NCBI GenBank assembly: GCA_965263185.1
Contig: OZ253588.1
Span: 1,153,454-1,217,453 of the forward strand
Reading direction: 5' to 3'
Source of the DNA: Dehalococcoidia bacterium
GTDB lineage: Bacteria > Chloroflexota > Dehalococcoidia > Lucifugimonadales > UBA2985
DNA length: 64,000 nucleotides
Shown: positions 17,902 to 27,970 of the stretch, piece by piece
How positions within the stretch are numbered: the stretch's first letter is position 1
Layout of the letters: the number at the start of each line of letters is the position of its first letter
Notes under the pieces: model-generated
The model's input: only the letters and a program-made list of their open reading frames with translations
Database searches by the model: none
What the model was told of the DNA's origin: nothing
Position numbers and translations under genes: made by a program

Positions 17902-19606
17902 CCCGAATCCACCGAAGGACACGGATGGGCGGCGTGAGGACCGGAGAAGGGGGATGAGAGAGCTACAGGGGAGATGGCCTGGGCTCGATTGGGGTAGATG
18001 GGAGGTCGGCGGAGGGACTTCAGTCACCGCACAGGCCCCCAATGGCCGTCTGCGGGAGCTGGGATGCGGGGGATGGCAAGAGAATAGGCAGCAGGGAACT
18101 CCCGCGGAGCTGGTTGGTGCGAGTTGGCGGGGACGTTGGGTCAGTGGCGGAGGGCGCCGTCAGGCTGGGAGTGGAATGGCTCGCAGCCGGGCCAGGGCGC
18201 GACTGAACTGGGTATCCCAGGGCCAGCGCCGGGGAAGATGCAGGGTCAATCGGCGTGCCGAGCGAGTGAGCCGTCCGGCCAAGGCGAAGACCCGTCGTCT
18301 GAGGGTCTTGGTGGTCACGATCTGCTCACCCAGGCCGATGCGGGCTGTCCAGCGGGCCAGGTTGTGTGCCATCACCTGTACCGCCAGCCAGGCTCCGTTG
18401 GCGGCGAAGCGGCCGGACGGCATGTGGTTCAGTCCGACACCGTACTTGAGGTCGCGTATCGCATTCTCGATCTCGGCGTGACGGCGATGATCAGCCTCCA
18501 GTTCGAGCATCTCCCCATCGCGGTCGGTGATGAAGCCGTGATAGCTGTAGGTGGCGAAGAGGGCCAACTGGGAACCGGGCGTGGGTTTCACCCGCCGGAC
18601 GATGAGCCGCACCGGCGCGGCGTCGGGCTCACTCTGGAAGGGGATATAGGTGGTCTCTGCCACATCGGCGGCGCCGTCCATCCAGTAGGGAATGGGAGTC
18701 CAGTCCTCTTCTGGTATGGCCTCGATGACATTGTGCAGGCTTTTGTGCTGGCGGATGGTGATGGAGAAGCGGACATCCATCTTGCGGCAGACGGATACCA
18801 CGCTATGAGCGTAGAAGCCGCTGTCGGCCCGCATCGTGAGTTGTCCCCTGGCCCCGGCGAAGCGCACCCGCCCCACCGTCTCACGCAGGAAGTGGGCGGC
18901 GCCGCGGGCGGTGTTGGCCCGGCCCTCGCGCAGCCGGGCCATCAGCACGTCTCCGGTTCCGGCGGCGACGGCCAGCAGCGGGTGATAGCCCCGCTGACCG
19001 GTGTAACCATGGTGGCGCGCCCCTTCCTTGGCCAGTCCATAGGTCTCGCAGATGGTGGAGTCCAGGTCGATGGTCAGGGGCCCGTCGCCGGGTCCGGCCC
19101 CGGCAGCCCAGGCCCGGGCCAGCAACTCCCGGCTAACCCGGTCCAGTTGGCGGACATGGCCCCACCTGAAGCTGCGCAGGAAGGCGCCCAGGGTGGAGGG
19201 AGCCTTAGCCGTGAAACCGAGAACGCGGGCGGTCCCGCCGGCGCGTAGCACATCGGCGTCGTCGATGCAGTCGCCACCGGCCAACGCGGAGGCCACCAGC
19301 GTCATCATCTTGTCACCGGTGTTGGCTCTGCCTTTTGCATGGCCCAGGTCCAGGTGCCGGTCAACCAGTTGGGGCAGGCCAAGGCGCAGGGCCAGGGTGG
19401 ACGGAAGAATCAGCCCGGCATTGGCCACCAGGCGGTGATCATCGAAGGCGATGCGGATGCGGTCGGGTTGGTGGCGTGGTAGCATCTATTGGGTGCTCCT
19501 TTTCCGGGACTGGTTTGCTGTTACAAAACCATTATCCCAGATTCAGAGGAGCACCCTTTGGCCACTTCAGGACGCTGACCCGACGCCCTCCTTCGGTGGA
19601 TTCGGG
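17902..19606 (-). mobile_element. IS1380-family insertion sequence, copy 1 (1705 bp)
   Basis: Perfect 17-bp terminal inverted repeats CCCGAATCCACCGAAGG. 5-bp direct target duplication CTTAT (17897-17901 and 19607-19611). Near-identical second copy at 54921-56625. Confidence 0.9.
18160..19485 (-). CDS. IS1380-family DDE transposase
   Basis: 441 aa. The C-terminal HRRHAEIENAIRDLKYGVGLNHMPSGRFAANGAWL block is typical of IS1380 transposases. Confidence 0.85.
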   Translation of the reverse strand: MLPRHQPDRIRIAFDDHRLVANAGLILPSTLALRLGLPQLVDRHLDLGHAKGRANTGDKMMTLVASALAGGDCIDDADVLRAGGTARVLGFTAKAPSTLGAFLRSFRWGHVRQLDRVSRELLARAWAAGAGPGDGPLTIDLDSTICETYGLAKEGARHHGYTGQRGYHPLLAVAAGTGDVLMARLREGRANTARGAAHFLRETVGRVRFAGARGQLTMRADSGFYAHSVVSVCRKMDVRFSITIRQHKSLHNVIEAIPEEDWTPIPYWMDGAADVAETTYIPFQSEPDAAPVRLIVRRVKPTPGSQLALFATYSYHGFITDRDGEMLELEADHRRHAEIENAIRDLKYGVGLNHMPSGRFAANGAWLAVQVMAHNLARWTARIGLGEQIVTTKTLRRRVFALAGRLTRSARRLTLHLPRRWPWDTQFSRALARLRAIPLPA

Positions 19607-20618
19607 CTTATATATACCCTCAACTCGGATCAGCCTCCCGGTCCAGCATGTTTTTGAGCCTCACATTTTTGACCAAGCAATAGAGGAGCCGGAAGATGTA
19701 GACGCAGATACAATACTGAAGCGCCTGTTTGACACTGAATCCGGTATCTTTGACGGCCGGTACGTGGAGTTGGCTATAGACCGGCTTCGCAAGGGAATGG
19801 TTGGGAATATAATCCAGCAGAACAACCTCAGTCGTGCTTTAGAGGACGCGTATACCTGTGCCTCGCGCATTTGTTCAGAGGTAATAAGCGATCGTTCCCC
19901 GCATCCCTACGTTGACCAGTATGAGACCGAGGGGACTAAGAGGACTGTTCATCATGCCATGGGGATAGGGACAAGCGACGTTTCTTGGAATACAGAGCAG
20001 CCTCTGTACGCAGGCGCTTTGAGCTCGGGGACCCAGGGAACTCTCCTGTGGGTCTACGCCCTAGCTCTCAAGATAGGAGAGCACTATGGGTTCGACGAGT
20101 ATTGGTGGGGCGGACAAGATAAGCCTGCAATCCTACTGATTGACGAGATAGAGAACCACCTGCATCCCACCTGGCAGCGGAGGGTTATACCGAAGCTGCT
20201 GGAGCATTTTCCCGGCTTGCAGATATTCGCTACAACCCACTCCCCCTTCGTGGTGGCCGGCCTGAAGGCCTGGCAGGTCCACCTGCTGAAGCGCGACGAA
20301 AACGGACGCGTCACCGCCACGACCTACCCCGAGGACGTTATCGGCTGGACGGCGGACGAGATCCTGCGGAACATGATGGGCGTTGAGGAGCCTACTGACC
20401 AACTCACAGTCGACCGCGCTAACCGGCTGCGGCAGCTCAGGGAAAAGGAAACGCTGACTCCCGAGGAAGAGTCCGAGTTGAACGAGCTGCGACGCCAGGT
20501 AAACGAGGATTTGTTGTCCAAGGGCGGCCCACTGGAAGCTCAGAGGGAGCGTTACGCGGACTTGATGGAGCGATTCCTGCTTTCCCGACAATCTGATCTC
20601 ACTCAAGAAGGAGATTAG
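19607..20618 (+). pseudogene. ptuA: Septu-like PtuA ATPase, C-terminal fragment
   Basis: ABC-type signature LSSGTQG, Walker B ILLIDEIENHLHP and H-loop ATTHSP. Deleting the IS and one TSD copy joins it in frame to 17559-17901 (..TEVPFLYIPSTRISLP..). Confidence 0.7.
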
Positions 20619-20623
20619 GCGGG

Positions 20624-21298
20624 ATGCGATGGATTGACAGAGGGCCGGAACCAGGCGGAGTCGCCGGATACGCCGGACGGTTCACACAAGGCTGGATCGA
20701 TTATTTTGAGAACGCAGTTGGCGGGAGGCCGTCGGATTTCTTCTGGGCAGAGTTCCGGTCAACCCTCGGAAGCCGGACCAACAGTATCTGCTGGTATTGT
20801 GAGAGGCAATGCTACGCCAATGCTGAGTCCGGTGGACGCGCCCCTACTGTTGACCACTTCCGGCCCCTCAGCAGGTTTCCGGTGCTGGCCTACGATTGGT
20901 CGAACTGGGTTTTCAGTTGCCGGCGGTGCAACGTTGAGAATAAACAAGACGGGTGGCCGGAACAGGGGTACGTGGACCCTTGCGCTGCCGTTGCTGCAGA
21001 GCGACCGGACCGTTACTTTGACTATGACGCTAAAACCGGGGGAATAATACCCAATGGCGGTCTTGCCGGTGACGCCCGCCTGAAAGCTGTGCGTACTATA
21101 AATGACTTGGGGCTAAACAAGCTGGACGTACAACACTATCGCTTTTATCATACGCAAAGGTTCATCAACGACTTGAGGAAGCTGCCCGTTAGCGACAGGC
21201 AGGATTTCATCGCTCTATTCACTGAACAGTTCGTTGAATATGCCGGAGTGACCAGGATGGTTGTAGAACAAGAGCCTGAACTATTCCAGGAGAATTGA
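20624..21298 (+). CDS. ptuB: HNH endonuclease of the PtuB / TIGR02646-like type
   Basis: CWYCERQC..TVDHFRPLS..NWVFSCRRCNVENK (HNH with Cys pairs). 224 aa, 5 nt downstream of the ATPase gene. Confidence 0.7.
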   Translation: MRWIDRGPEPGGVAGYAGRFTQGWIDYFENAVGGRPSDFFWAEFRSTLGSRTNSICWYCERQCYANAESGGRAPTVDHFRPLSRFPVLAYDWSNWVFSCRRCNVENKQDGWPEQGYVDPCAAVAAERPDRYFDYDAKTGGIIPNGGLAGDARLKAVRTINDLGLNKLDVQHYRFYHTQRFINDLRKLPVSDRQDFIALFTEQFVEYAGVTRMVVEQEPELFQEN

Positions 21299-21329
21299 TG
21301 CCCGGCGCGCATAGATGCTCGCCTGATAA

Positions 21330-21650
21330 TCAGCCGCCGACCTGCGCCGTATCCCTGGGCTGCACCTGTTCCCTGATGTCCTTGCCGGACGCTATCTCCG
21401 CCGTTCGCAGCTCAAAGGTCTTCTGGAGGTTTAACCAGAGCTGCGGGCTTGTGCCAAGGTAGCGGGACAGGCGCAGGGCGGTGTCGGCGGTTACGCCACT
21501 CTGCCCCTTTAGGATAGCCGTGATCCGGTTGGTGGGGACTCCCAAGGCAAGAGCCATCGCATTGGCCGACATGCCAAGCTCTCCAAGCTCCTCGCTCAGT
21601 ATCTCGCCGGGATGCACCGGCCGCATACCGTTGCTCACGTTCATCTCCAA
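21330..21650 (-). CDS. higA: HigA-family antitoxin (XRE-type HTH)
   Basis: RPVHPGEILSEELGELGMSANAMALALGVPTNRITAILKGQSGVTADTALRLSRYLGTSPQLWLNLQ is the canonical HigA HTH. No intact higB is adjacent. Confidence 0.8.
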   Translation of the reverse strand: MEMNVSNGMRPVHPGEILSEELGELGMSANAMALALGVPTNRITAILKGQSGVTADTALRLSRYLGTSPQLWLNLQKTFELRTAEIASGKDIREQVQPRDTAQVGG

Positions 21651-21808
21651 AGTGGCTCAAAGGTTGATTTTCAACTCTACTGCAGGCCGCTTGGCCTGGC
21701 AACCGGCAGGGCAAATGCAGCCCGGTATGGGGCCTGTGGTGAGATATGGTATGATTCGACTACTACACTATCGCACAGGTCTATAAGGCCGTCATTCAAG
21801 GAGGCAGC

Positions 21809-23497
21809 ATGCAATCTAGCGCACGGGATTTCAACCCAAAGCACATGAGCCAGGAGATAACCCAGGGCCCGGAGCGCGCCCCGGCCCGTACCATGCTCCG
21901 GGCAACCGGACTCGATGACGCCGCGCTGGCAAACCCCTTTGTCGGCATTGCCAACCTTGCGAGCGACGTTACACCCTGCAACATGCACCTGGGACGCCTG
22001 TCCGTCAGGATCAAGGAGGGCATACGGGCCGCTGGCGGCACACCCTTCGAGTTTGGGACCATCACGGTCAGCGACGGCATCTCTATGGGCACAGAGGGCA
22101 TGAAGGCCTCCCTGGTCAGCCGCGAGGTGATCGCCGACTCCATTGAGCTTGTGTCTATGGCCGAATGGTTTGACGGCCTGGTGACCGTTGGCGGCTGCGA
22201 CAAGAACCTGCCGGGGTGCCTCATGGCAATGGCGCGGCTGAACATACCATCAGTTTTCGTCTACGGGGGAACCATCCTTCCGGGCCGGTTCCAGGGGCGG
22301 GACGTCAACATCCAGGACGTGTTCGAGGCTGTGGGCGCCCACTCCCGCGGCAATATGTCGGACGCCGAGTTGCTGGAGCTGGAGCGCGTCGCTTGCCCAG
22401 GTGAGGGTTCCTGCGCCGGCCTCTTTACCGCCAACACCATGTCCTCGGCCATCGAGGCCCTGGGCATGTCTCTCCCAGGCGATGCCTCAATTCCGGCGGT
22501 TGACCCCCGGAAGGCGGACGAGTGCAAGCGCGCCGGGGAGGCGGCGCTTCATCTGCTGGAGTTGGGCATCAGGCCCAGCGACATCCTCACCCGCGCGGCC
22601 TTCGAGAACGCCATTGCCGTGGTGGTGGCGATGGGCGGGTCGACCAACGCGGTGCTTCACCTGCTGGCCATCAGCCGAGAGGCGGGCGTGCCGCTGGAGA
22701 TAGACGACTTCGACTACATCAGCCGGAACACCCCCTACATCGCCGATATGCGGCCCGGCGGGAAGCACGTCATGGCAGACCTGGACAGGGTGGGCGGGCT
22801 TTCCCAGGTGATGAGGCGTCTGCTGGATGCAGGCCTGCTTAACGGCGATACCCTGACCGTTACCGGCAAGACCCTTCGCGAGAACCTGGAGGGTATTGAG
22901 GAGGCGAGCGACCAGAGCATTGTCTATCCCGTGTCCTCGCCGCTGAGCGAAACAGGCTCCCTGGTCATACTCAAGGGCAACCTGGCTCCGGAGGGCGGGG
23001 TCATAAAGGTGGCCGGCAACCAGAAGACGTACCACCAGGGGCCCGCCAGGGTGTTCGACCGGGAGCAGGATGCCTTTCAGACGGTGCGGAGCGGGGGAAT
23101 CAACCAGGGCGACGTGGTGGTCATTCGCTACGAAGGGCCCAAGGGCGGGCCGGGGATGCGGGAGATGCTTGCGGTGACGGCGGCGCTGGTGGGACAGGGG
23201 CTTGGTGAGCATGTAGCCCTGCTCACCGACGGCAGGTTCTCAGGCGCAACCCACGGACTGATGGTTGGACACGTAGCCCCGGAAGCGGCGGTGCAGGGGC
23301 CAATCGCCGCGCTGCAAGACGGCGACATCGTAACACTGGACGTCCCCAACCGGCGGCTGGACGTGTCTCTCTCCGATGACGAGATAGCTGAGCGGTTGGC
23401 GGCGTGGGCTCCGCCAGCGCCAACGCACACCACCGGCGCCTTGGGCAAGTACGCGCGGCTGGTGGGCTCCGCGTCGATGGGCGCGGTCACGGGGTAG
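21809..23497 (+). CDS. ilvD: Dihydroxy-acid dehydratase
   Basis: [35 protein letters not shown] and TDGRFSGAT motifs. Confidence 0.95.
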   Translation: MQSSARDFNPKHMSQEITQGPERAPARTMLRATGLDDAALANPFVGIANLASDVTPCNMHLGRLSVRIKEGIRAAGGTPFEFGTITVSDGISMGTEGMKASLVSREVIADSIELVSMAEWFDGLVTVGGCDKNLPGCLMAMARLNIPSVFVYGGTILPGRFQGRDVNIQDVFEAVGAHSRGNMSDAELLELERVACPGEGSCAGLFTANTMSSAIEALGMSLPGDASIPAVDPRKADECKRAGEAALHLLELGIRPSDILTRAAFENAIAVVVAMGGSTNAVLHLLAISREAGVPLEIDDFDYISRNTPYIADMRPGGKHVMADLDRVGGLSQVMRRLLDAGLLNGDTLTVTGKTLRENLEGIEEASDQSIVYPVSSPLSETGSLVILKGNLAPEGGVIKVAGNQKTYHQGPARVFDREQDAFQTVRSGGINQGDVVVIRYEGPKGGPGMREMLAVTAALVGQGLGEHVALLTDGRFSGATHGLMVGHVAPEAAVQGPIAALQDGDIVTLDVPNRRLDVSLSDDEIAERLAAWAPPAPTHTTGALGKYARLVGSASMGAVTG

Positions 23498-23558
23498 CTG
23501 TGACGGAGGCGCTGAAGGCGGGGACGGACCCCCCGGAGTACCCGCTTCGCGCGCTCTA

Positions 23559-23587
23559 TTGACTATGGCGATGTGGGGATATACTAT
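23559..23587 (+). promoter_or_regulatory. Candidate sigma-70-type promoter of tatA
   Basis: TTGACT (23559-23564), 17-nt spacer, TACTAT (23582-23587), about 40 nt upstream of the tatA ATG. Confidence 0.4.
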
Positions 23588-23625
23588 GGTTGCCAAATAC
23601 GGGGAGCCTGTGAGGAGAGAAGGGT

Positions 23626-23829
23626 ATGCCTAGAATAGGACCCACAGAGCTTATAATCGTCTTGGTCATCATACTTATCATATTCGGCGCGGGCCGCCTG
23701 CCTGAAATAGGCTCGGCGCTTGGCAGGGGCATCAAGGAGTTTCGCAAGGGTCAGTCCGATCAGGCGGACGCGGAGATCGTCGTCGAACCCGAGCCGGCGG
23801 CAGGCAGGAAGAGGAAGGGCAAGGCGTAG
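23626..23829 (+). CDS. tatA: Twin-arginine translocase TatA/E family protein
   Basis: [39 protein letters not shown]. Confidence 0.9.
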   Translation: MPRIGPTELIIVLVIILIIFGAGRLPEIGSALGRGIKEFRKGQSDQADAEIVVEPEPAAGRKRKGKA

Positions 23830-23851
23830 CTCTTCGATACAGGCATTCGAC

Positions 23852-23896
23852 AGGCCGAGTCCCCATCTGCATTAAGGGGTCTCGGCCTTCTTGTTT
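23852..23896. terminator. Hairpin terminator between convergent tatA and tatC
   Basis: AGGCCGAGTCCCC...GGGGTCTCGGCCT stem followed by TCTTGTTT on the + strand. Confidence 0.55.
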
Positions 23897-23899
23897 CCG

Positions 23900-24694
23900 C
23901 TAGCTTCTGGAAGTCTTGGAGGGGACCGCCTCAACCAACTGATCCTTCTGGCCCAGGCGGGCCAGCCTTGCCAGCCAGATGCCTATCTCATACAAGAGGA
24001 CTATTGGCACCGCGACAAGGGTCTGGTTGACGGGGTCGAAGGTGGGCGTTATCAGCGCGCCGAGGATGAAGGCGGCAACGACGGCAAAGCGTCGCTGACG
24101 CGCCATTGCCCTGGGCGTAATGATCCTGACCTTGCTCAGGAAGAACATGACAAGGGGTGTCTGAAAGGATACCCCAAGCCAGAACAGCAGAGTCACCACC
24201 AGGTTTATGTAGTTTCCCACCCTTATCATCGGCGTTGCTATGTCTGAGCCGAAGGTGAGCAGGAACCCGATGGCTGGTGGCAGCAGGAAGAGGTACCCGA
24301 AGGTGGCGCCCGCCACAAAGGCTATCATGGTCCCGGGGAGGAGAGCAAAGAGATAGCGTTTCTCTCTGGGGGTCAGGCCGGGGGCCACGAACATGACCAT
24401 CTGGTACAGGATGATGGGAGAGACCAGCGCCAGCCCACCCATGAGGGAGACCTTCATGGTGATGCCGATCATCTCCGTTGCCTGGGTGAAGATGAGCTTG
24501 TTGTCTCTGAGGGACTCGAAGCCCTGCGCCGGGCCCATCAACACGTCGAAGATCATTCTGTGGAAGACGAATGCCACCACGGTGCCAACAATGAGGGCTG
24601 CTACGGCCACGACTAGCCTGCGCCGCAGCTCTATAAGGTGCCCTGCAAGGGAAAGCTCTCTATCTTGCAACGGGGCCCTCCTCGTCGGGGCCAC
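23900..24694 (-). CDS. tatC: Twin-arginine translocase subunit TatC
   Basis: LSLAGHLIELRRRL start and a 6-TM profile. 264 aa. Confidence 0.9.
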   Translation of the reverse strand: MAPTRRAPLQDRELSLAGHLIELRRRLVVAVAALIVGTVVAFVFHRMIFDVLMGPAQGFESLRDNKLIFTQATEMIGITMKVSLMGGLALVSPIILYQMVMFVAPGLTPREKRYLFALLPGTMIAFVAGATFGYLFLLPPAIGFLLTFGSDIATPMIRVGNYINLVVTLLFWLGVSFQTPLVMFFLSKVRIITPRAMARQRRFAVVAAFILGALITPTFDPVNQTLVAVPIVLLYEIGIWLARLARLGQKDQLVEAVPSKTSRS

Positions 24695-24914
24695 CCCCTG
24701 CCGGCTCTGCCTTCTTACCCGTTTCGGACGAGGGCTTTTTGGGCCCCTCCTCCAGCTCTAGCAGTTTGGGCAGCTCGCTGGTGGTTCGCCTCACCTCCTG
24801 AACGAAGCTGCTCAAGGAGCGCGCCACGTTCACCATCCGGGCAGGGCCCAGGACCAGGTAGGCAACGAGCAGTATTATCAGGACCTCTATTGGGCCTATT
24901 CCCAGAAAATCCAT
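24660..24914 (-). CDS. TatA/TatB family protein
   Basis: MDFLGIGPIEVLIILLVAYLVLGPARM N-terminal TM plus amphipathic helix. It overlaps the tatC start. Confidence 0.75.
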   Translation of the reverse strand: MDFLGIGPIEVLIILLVAYLVLGPARMVNVARSLSSFVQEVRRTTSELPKLLELEEGPKKPSSETGKKAEPAGGGPDEEGPVAR

Positions 24915-25074
24915 CTACCGCTATCCTCACTATCGGGCGCGAAGGGTTGTCCTTCCGGGCACTCAGCGCTCTAGGAGTTCAACTATACCCTATCGGTAGT
25001 GGAGCGCCAAGGCTCTTTCTCTCAGCTCCTCAGGGTGAGCCGCCAAACTTACTCCTCACATCCGCTCATATGGT

Positions 25075-25385
25075 TCCACCAACTCACACCCCGAATCAAG
25101 TATGGAGCAGGCTATGAGCGGGGTAGTTTGGGTTTCCGCTCATCCCCGTATCAAGTACGGGGCAGGCTCTGAGCGTGTCGAAGGGCATGAGGGGAACGGG
25201 ACGGCCCTCCCGCTTACCTGGTTCGACAAGCTCACCATGAGCGGAGCAACCAACCACCATCATTCCTGTGTCTGGGCGATGCGATGTAGGGGCGGTTCGC
25301 GAACCGCCCCTACTCATATGGTTCGACCGGCTCACCATGAGCGGGAGGAGGTTGGCATGAGCGTTAAGGGCGGAAGGTCTATGCA
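25075..25385. repeat. Cluster of modular intergenic repeats
   Basis: Two copies of the cgtatcaagta(c/t)gg module, two GTTCGAC..CTCACCATGAGCGG modules, and CATTCCTGTGTCTGGGCGATGC plus the 28-bp palindrome GTAGGGGCGGTTCGCGAACCGCCCCTAC (25286-25313). Confidence 0.75.
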
Positions 25386-25436
25386 CGCGCGTGAAGGTCG
25401 CGCCCATGCAGGGTTTGTACACGCGTGTTACAATAA

Positions 25437-27932
25437 TTGTATCCCACGGATTCCAGAATGTGGAGGCCCACATTGCCAGAGCTGCTACCGGAATCTCTAC
25501 GCAACGTCTGTGACGACTCGTGTCTGCAATTCCAGACCACCGCAGACCTGCCGCCACTGCAAGCCATAATAGGACAGCGGCGCGCGGTGCGGGCCCTGGA
25601 GTTTGGACTTGGCATAGAGGAAAAGGGTTACAACGTATACGTGGCCGGCCAGTCCGGGACGGGGAAGACCTCCGCCATAACCACCTTTCTCCGGGAGCGA
25701 GCCGGCGACAGAAAACCTCCCCCCGACTGGTGCTACGTCCAGAACTTCAGGGACCCCAGCCAGCCCAGGGCGCTGCGACTGCCCGCCGGCATGGGCAGAG
25801 AGCTCCAGCGAGACATGAGGAACCTGGTGGACGAAGCCAAGCGCGACATCACTAGTTCCCTGGAGGGCGAAGAGTACTCCAATCGTAGAGAAGACCTTAT
25901 CCAGGAGTTCCGTCGTGAGAGAGAGCGCCTCTTCGGCGCCCTCAACGACCGCGCCAGGGAGGAGGGGTTCCTCCTTCAGACAACCTCCACCGGCCTGGTC
26001 CTGGTCCCGCACAGAGACGGCAGGCCCCTATCCGAAGACGAGACTGCCTCCCTTACCGCCACCCAGCGGGAGAGACTGACCCAGACGCGGGAGTCCCTGG
26101 AGAGCGACCTGAAACAGGTCTTCACACAGGTGCGCAGGACCGAGCGGCACTCCTATGAGCGCATCCAGCAAGTGGACCAGGAGATAGTCCGCTTTACCCT
26201 TGATTTTCTCATTCAGGAGCTGACGGAGAAATACGATTCCCTCCCGCAGGTCAAAGCCTACCTGGATGAGGTGGAGTCTGACATGGCGGATAACGCCGAC
26301 CTGTTCCGGGCCAAGCCCCAGGAGGAACGGAACCCCGCCCAAGCGCAGTCCGCCACAGTCTCCTCTCACGCCCTGCGGCGTTACGAGGTCAACGTCATTG
26401 TGGACAACTCCCAGACTCAAGGCGCGCCGGTGGTGTCGGAGTTCAACCCCACTCCCGGCAACATCATGGGGCGCGTGGAGAGGGAGGCCCAGTTCGGCGC
26501 TCTGGAGACGGACCTGACCATGATACGGCCGGGCTCGCTGCACCGGGCCAACGGCGGCTTCTACATCCTCAGAATAGAGGAGGCGCTGCGCAACCCCTTC
26601 TCCTGGGAAGGACTCAAGCGGTGCCTCAAGGAAGGCAAGATAGCCATTGAGGAGACGGCGGAGCGCATGGGCTTTATGGCCACCAAGGGGTTGTCGCCAG
26701 AGCCTATACCTCTGGATATAAAGACCATACTCATTGGCAACCCCGGGCTCTATCACAGGTTGTACTCCCTTGACCCGGACTTTGTGGACCTGTTCAAGGT
26801 GAAAGTGGAGTTCGATAGCAGCATGGATCGCACGGACGAGAACGTCAGGGACTATGCCGCCTTCATCTGCGCCCTTGGAGAGAAGGAAGACCTGCTGCCG
26901 GTGGACCGCAAGGGCGTGAGTAAGCTGGTGGAGCACAGCTCGCGCCTGGCAGACAACCAGTCGAAGCTGTCCACACGCTTCTCGGAGATAAGCGACATCA
27001 TCCGCGAGGCCAACTACTGGGCCAAGAAGGATGGCGCTCCCTGCATCTACGCGCAGCACATGACCCGCGCCATCGACGAGAAGATATACCGCTCGGACCT
27101 GATTCGGGAGAAGATCCTTGATCTGATCGCCAGGGGGACCATCGACATAGACACGGAGGGCGAGGTCGTAGGGCAGGTGAACGGCCTGGCAGTCCTGGAC
27201 CTGGGCGACTTCTCCTTTGGACGGCCCGGCCGCATCACGGTCAGCGTCTCACCCGGCAGGCAGGGACTCATAGACATTGAGAGGGAGGCCAACCTGGGAG
27301 GAAGGCTCCACACAAAGGGAGTGATGATCCTGGGCGGCTACCTGGCGGACAGACACGCGCAGGATATTCCCATGTCGCTTGCAGCCCGCCTGACAATGGA
27401 GCAGAGCTACGCGGAGATTGAGGGCGATAGCGCATCCAGCGCAGAGCTGTACGCCCTTCTATCTCGCTTGGCGGACCTGCCCATCAAGCAGGGAATCGCG
27501 GTTACCGGCTCCGTAAACCAGAAGGGGCAGGTGCAGGCCATAGGGGGCGTCAACGAGAAGGTGGAGGGGTTCTTCTACGTCTGCCAGGCCAAGGGTCTGA
27601 CGGGAGGCCAGGGCGTGATGATACCCGCGGCCAACGCGCAGAACCTGATGCTCCGGGAAGAGGTTGTGCAGGCGGTGAGCGAAGGCCGGTTCCACGTCTA
27701 CAGCGTGAGCACGATCGACGAGGGTATTGAGGTTCTCACCGGGGTGAAGGCAAGCGCCAAGGGAGCCGACGGCTCCTTTGAGGAGGGGTCGGTGAACAGG
27801 CGGGTCAGCCAGAAGCTGCGAGACATGGCCAGGGGCCTCCGGGACTTCGGCCGCCGAGAGCGCAACAGGCCCACGAACGGCGCGGAGCCAACCGCAGCCG
27901 AGGAATCGCCCGGCAGCCCCACCGAAGGCTGA
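25437..27932 (+). CDS. Lon-like ATP-dependent protease (COG1067-type: AAA+ module plus C-terminal S16 protease domain)
   Basis: Walker A motif VAGQSGTGKTS. C-terminal IEGDSASSAELYALLS and GSVNQKGQVQAIGGVNEKVEGF are typical of the Lon S16 domain. Start is uncertain (TTG 25437 or ATG 25458). Confidence 0.8.
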   Translation: MYPTDSRMWRPTLPELLPESLRNVCDDSCLQFQTTADLPPLQAIIGQRRAVRALEFGLGIEEKGYNVYVAGQSGTGKTSAITTFLRERAGDRKPPPDWCYVQNFRDPSQPRALRLPAGMGRELQRDMRNLVDEAKRDITSSLEGEEYSNRREDLIQEFRRERERLFGALNDRAREEGFLLQTTSTGLVLVPHRDGRPLSEDETASLTATQRERLTQTRESLESDLKQVFTQVRRTERHSYERIQQVDQEIVRFTLDFLIQELTEKYDSLPQVKAYLDEVESDMADNADLFRAKPQEERNPAQAQSATVSSHALRRYEVNVIVDNSQTQGAPVVSEFNPTPGNIMGRVEREAQFGALETDLTMIRPGSLHRANGGFYILRIEEALRNPFSWEGLKRCLKEGKIAIEETAERMGFMATKGLSPEPIPLDIKTILIGNPGLYHRLYSLDPDFVDLFKVKVEFDSSMDRTDENVRDYAAFICALGEKEDLLPVDRKGVSKLVEHSSRLADNQSKLSTRFSEISDIIREANYWAKKDGAPCIYAQHMTRAIDEKIYRSDLIREKILDLIARGTIDIDTEGEVVGQVNGLAVLDLGDFSFGRPGRITVSVSPGRQGLIDIEREANLGGRLHTKGVMILGGYLADRHAQDIPMSLAARLTMEQSYAEIEGDSASSAELYALLSRLADLPIKQGIAVTGSVNQKGQVQAIGGVNEKVEGFFYVCQAKGLTGGQGVMIPAANAQNLMLREEVVQAVSEGRFHVYSVSTIDEGIEVLTGVKASAKGADGSFEEGSVNRRVSQKLRDMARGLRDFGRRERNRPTNGAEPTAAEESPGSPTEG

Positions 27933-27970
27933 GGCCGGAACGGCGGGCAGACTCAAGGAAGGGGACACAC

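Noticed and set aside
17133-17957. 274-aa ORF suggesting a long N-terminal extension of the ATPase gene and a C-terminal tail
   Set aside because: The first ~140 codons are antisense to the usp gene (a low-complexity RP-rich translation), and the last ~18 codons are read-through into the IS end. The real start is ATG 17559.
17440-21300. Retron (RT plus msr/msd ncRNA) accompanying the PtuA/PtuB-like pair
   Set aside because: No reverse-transcriptase ORF and no obvious a1/a2 inverted-repeat ncRNA lie next to the locus. I interpret it as a stand-alone Septu-like pair.
21651-21808. Possible HigB C-terminal remnant (minus-strand translation ..VVVESYH)
   Set aside because: The resemblance to the ..VDYH end of HigB toxins covers only a few residues. 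The rest of that frame is antisense to ilvD. This is not supportable without a search.
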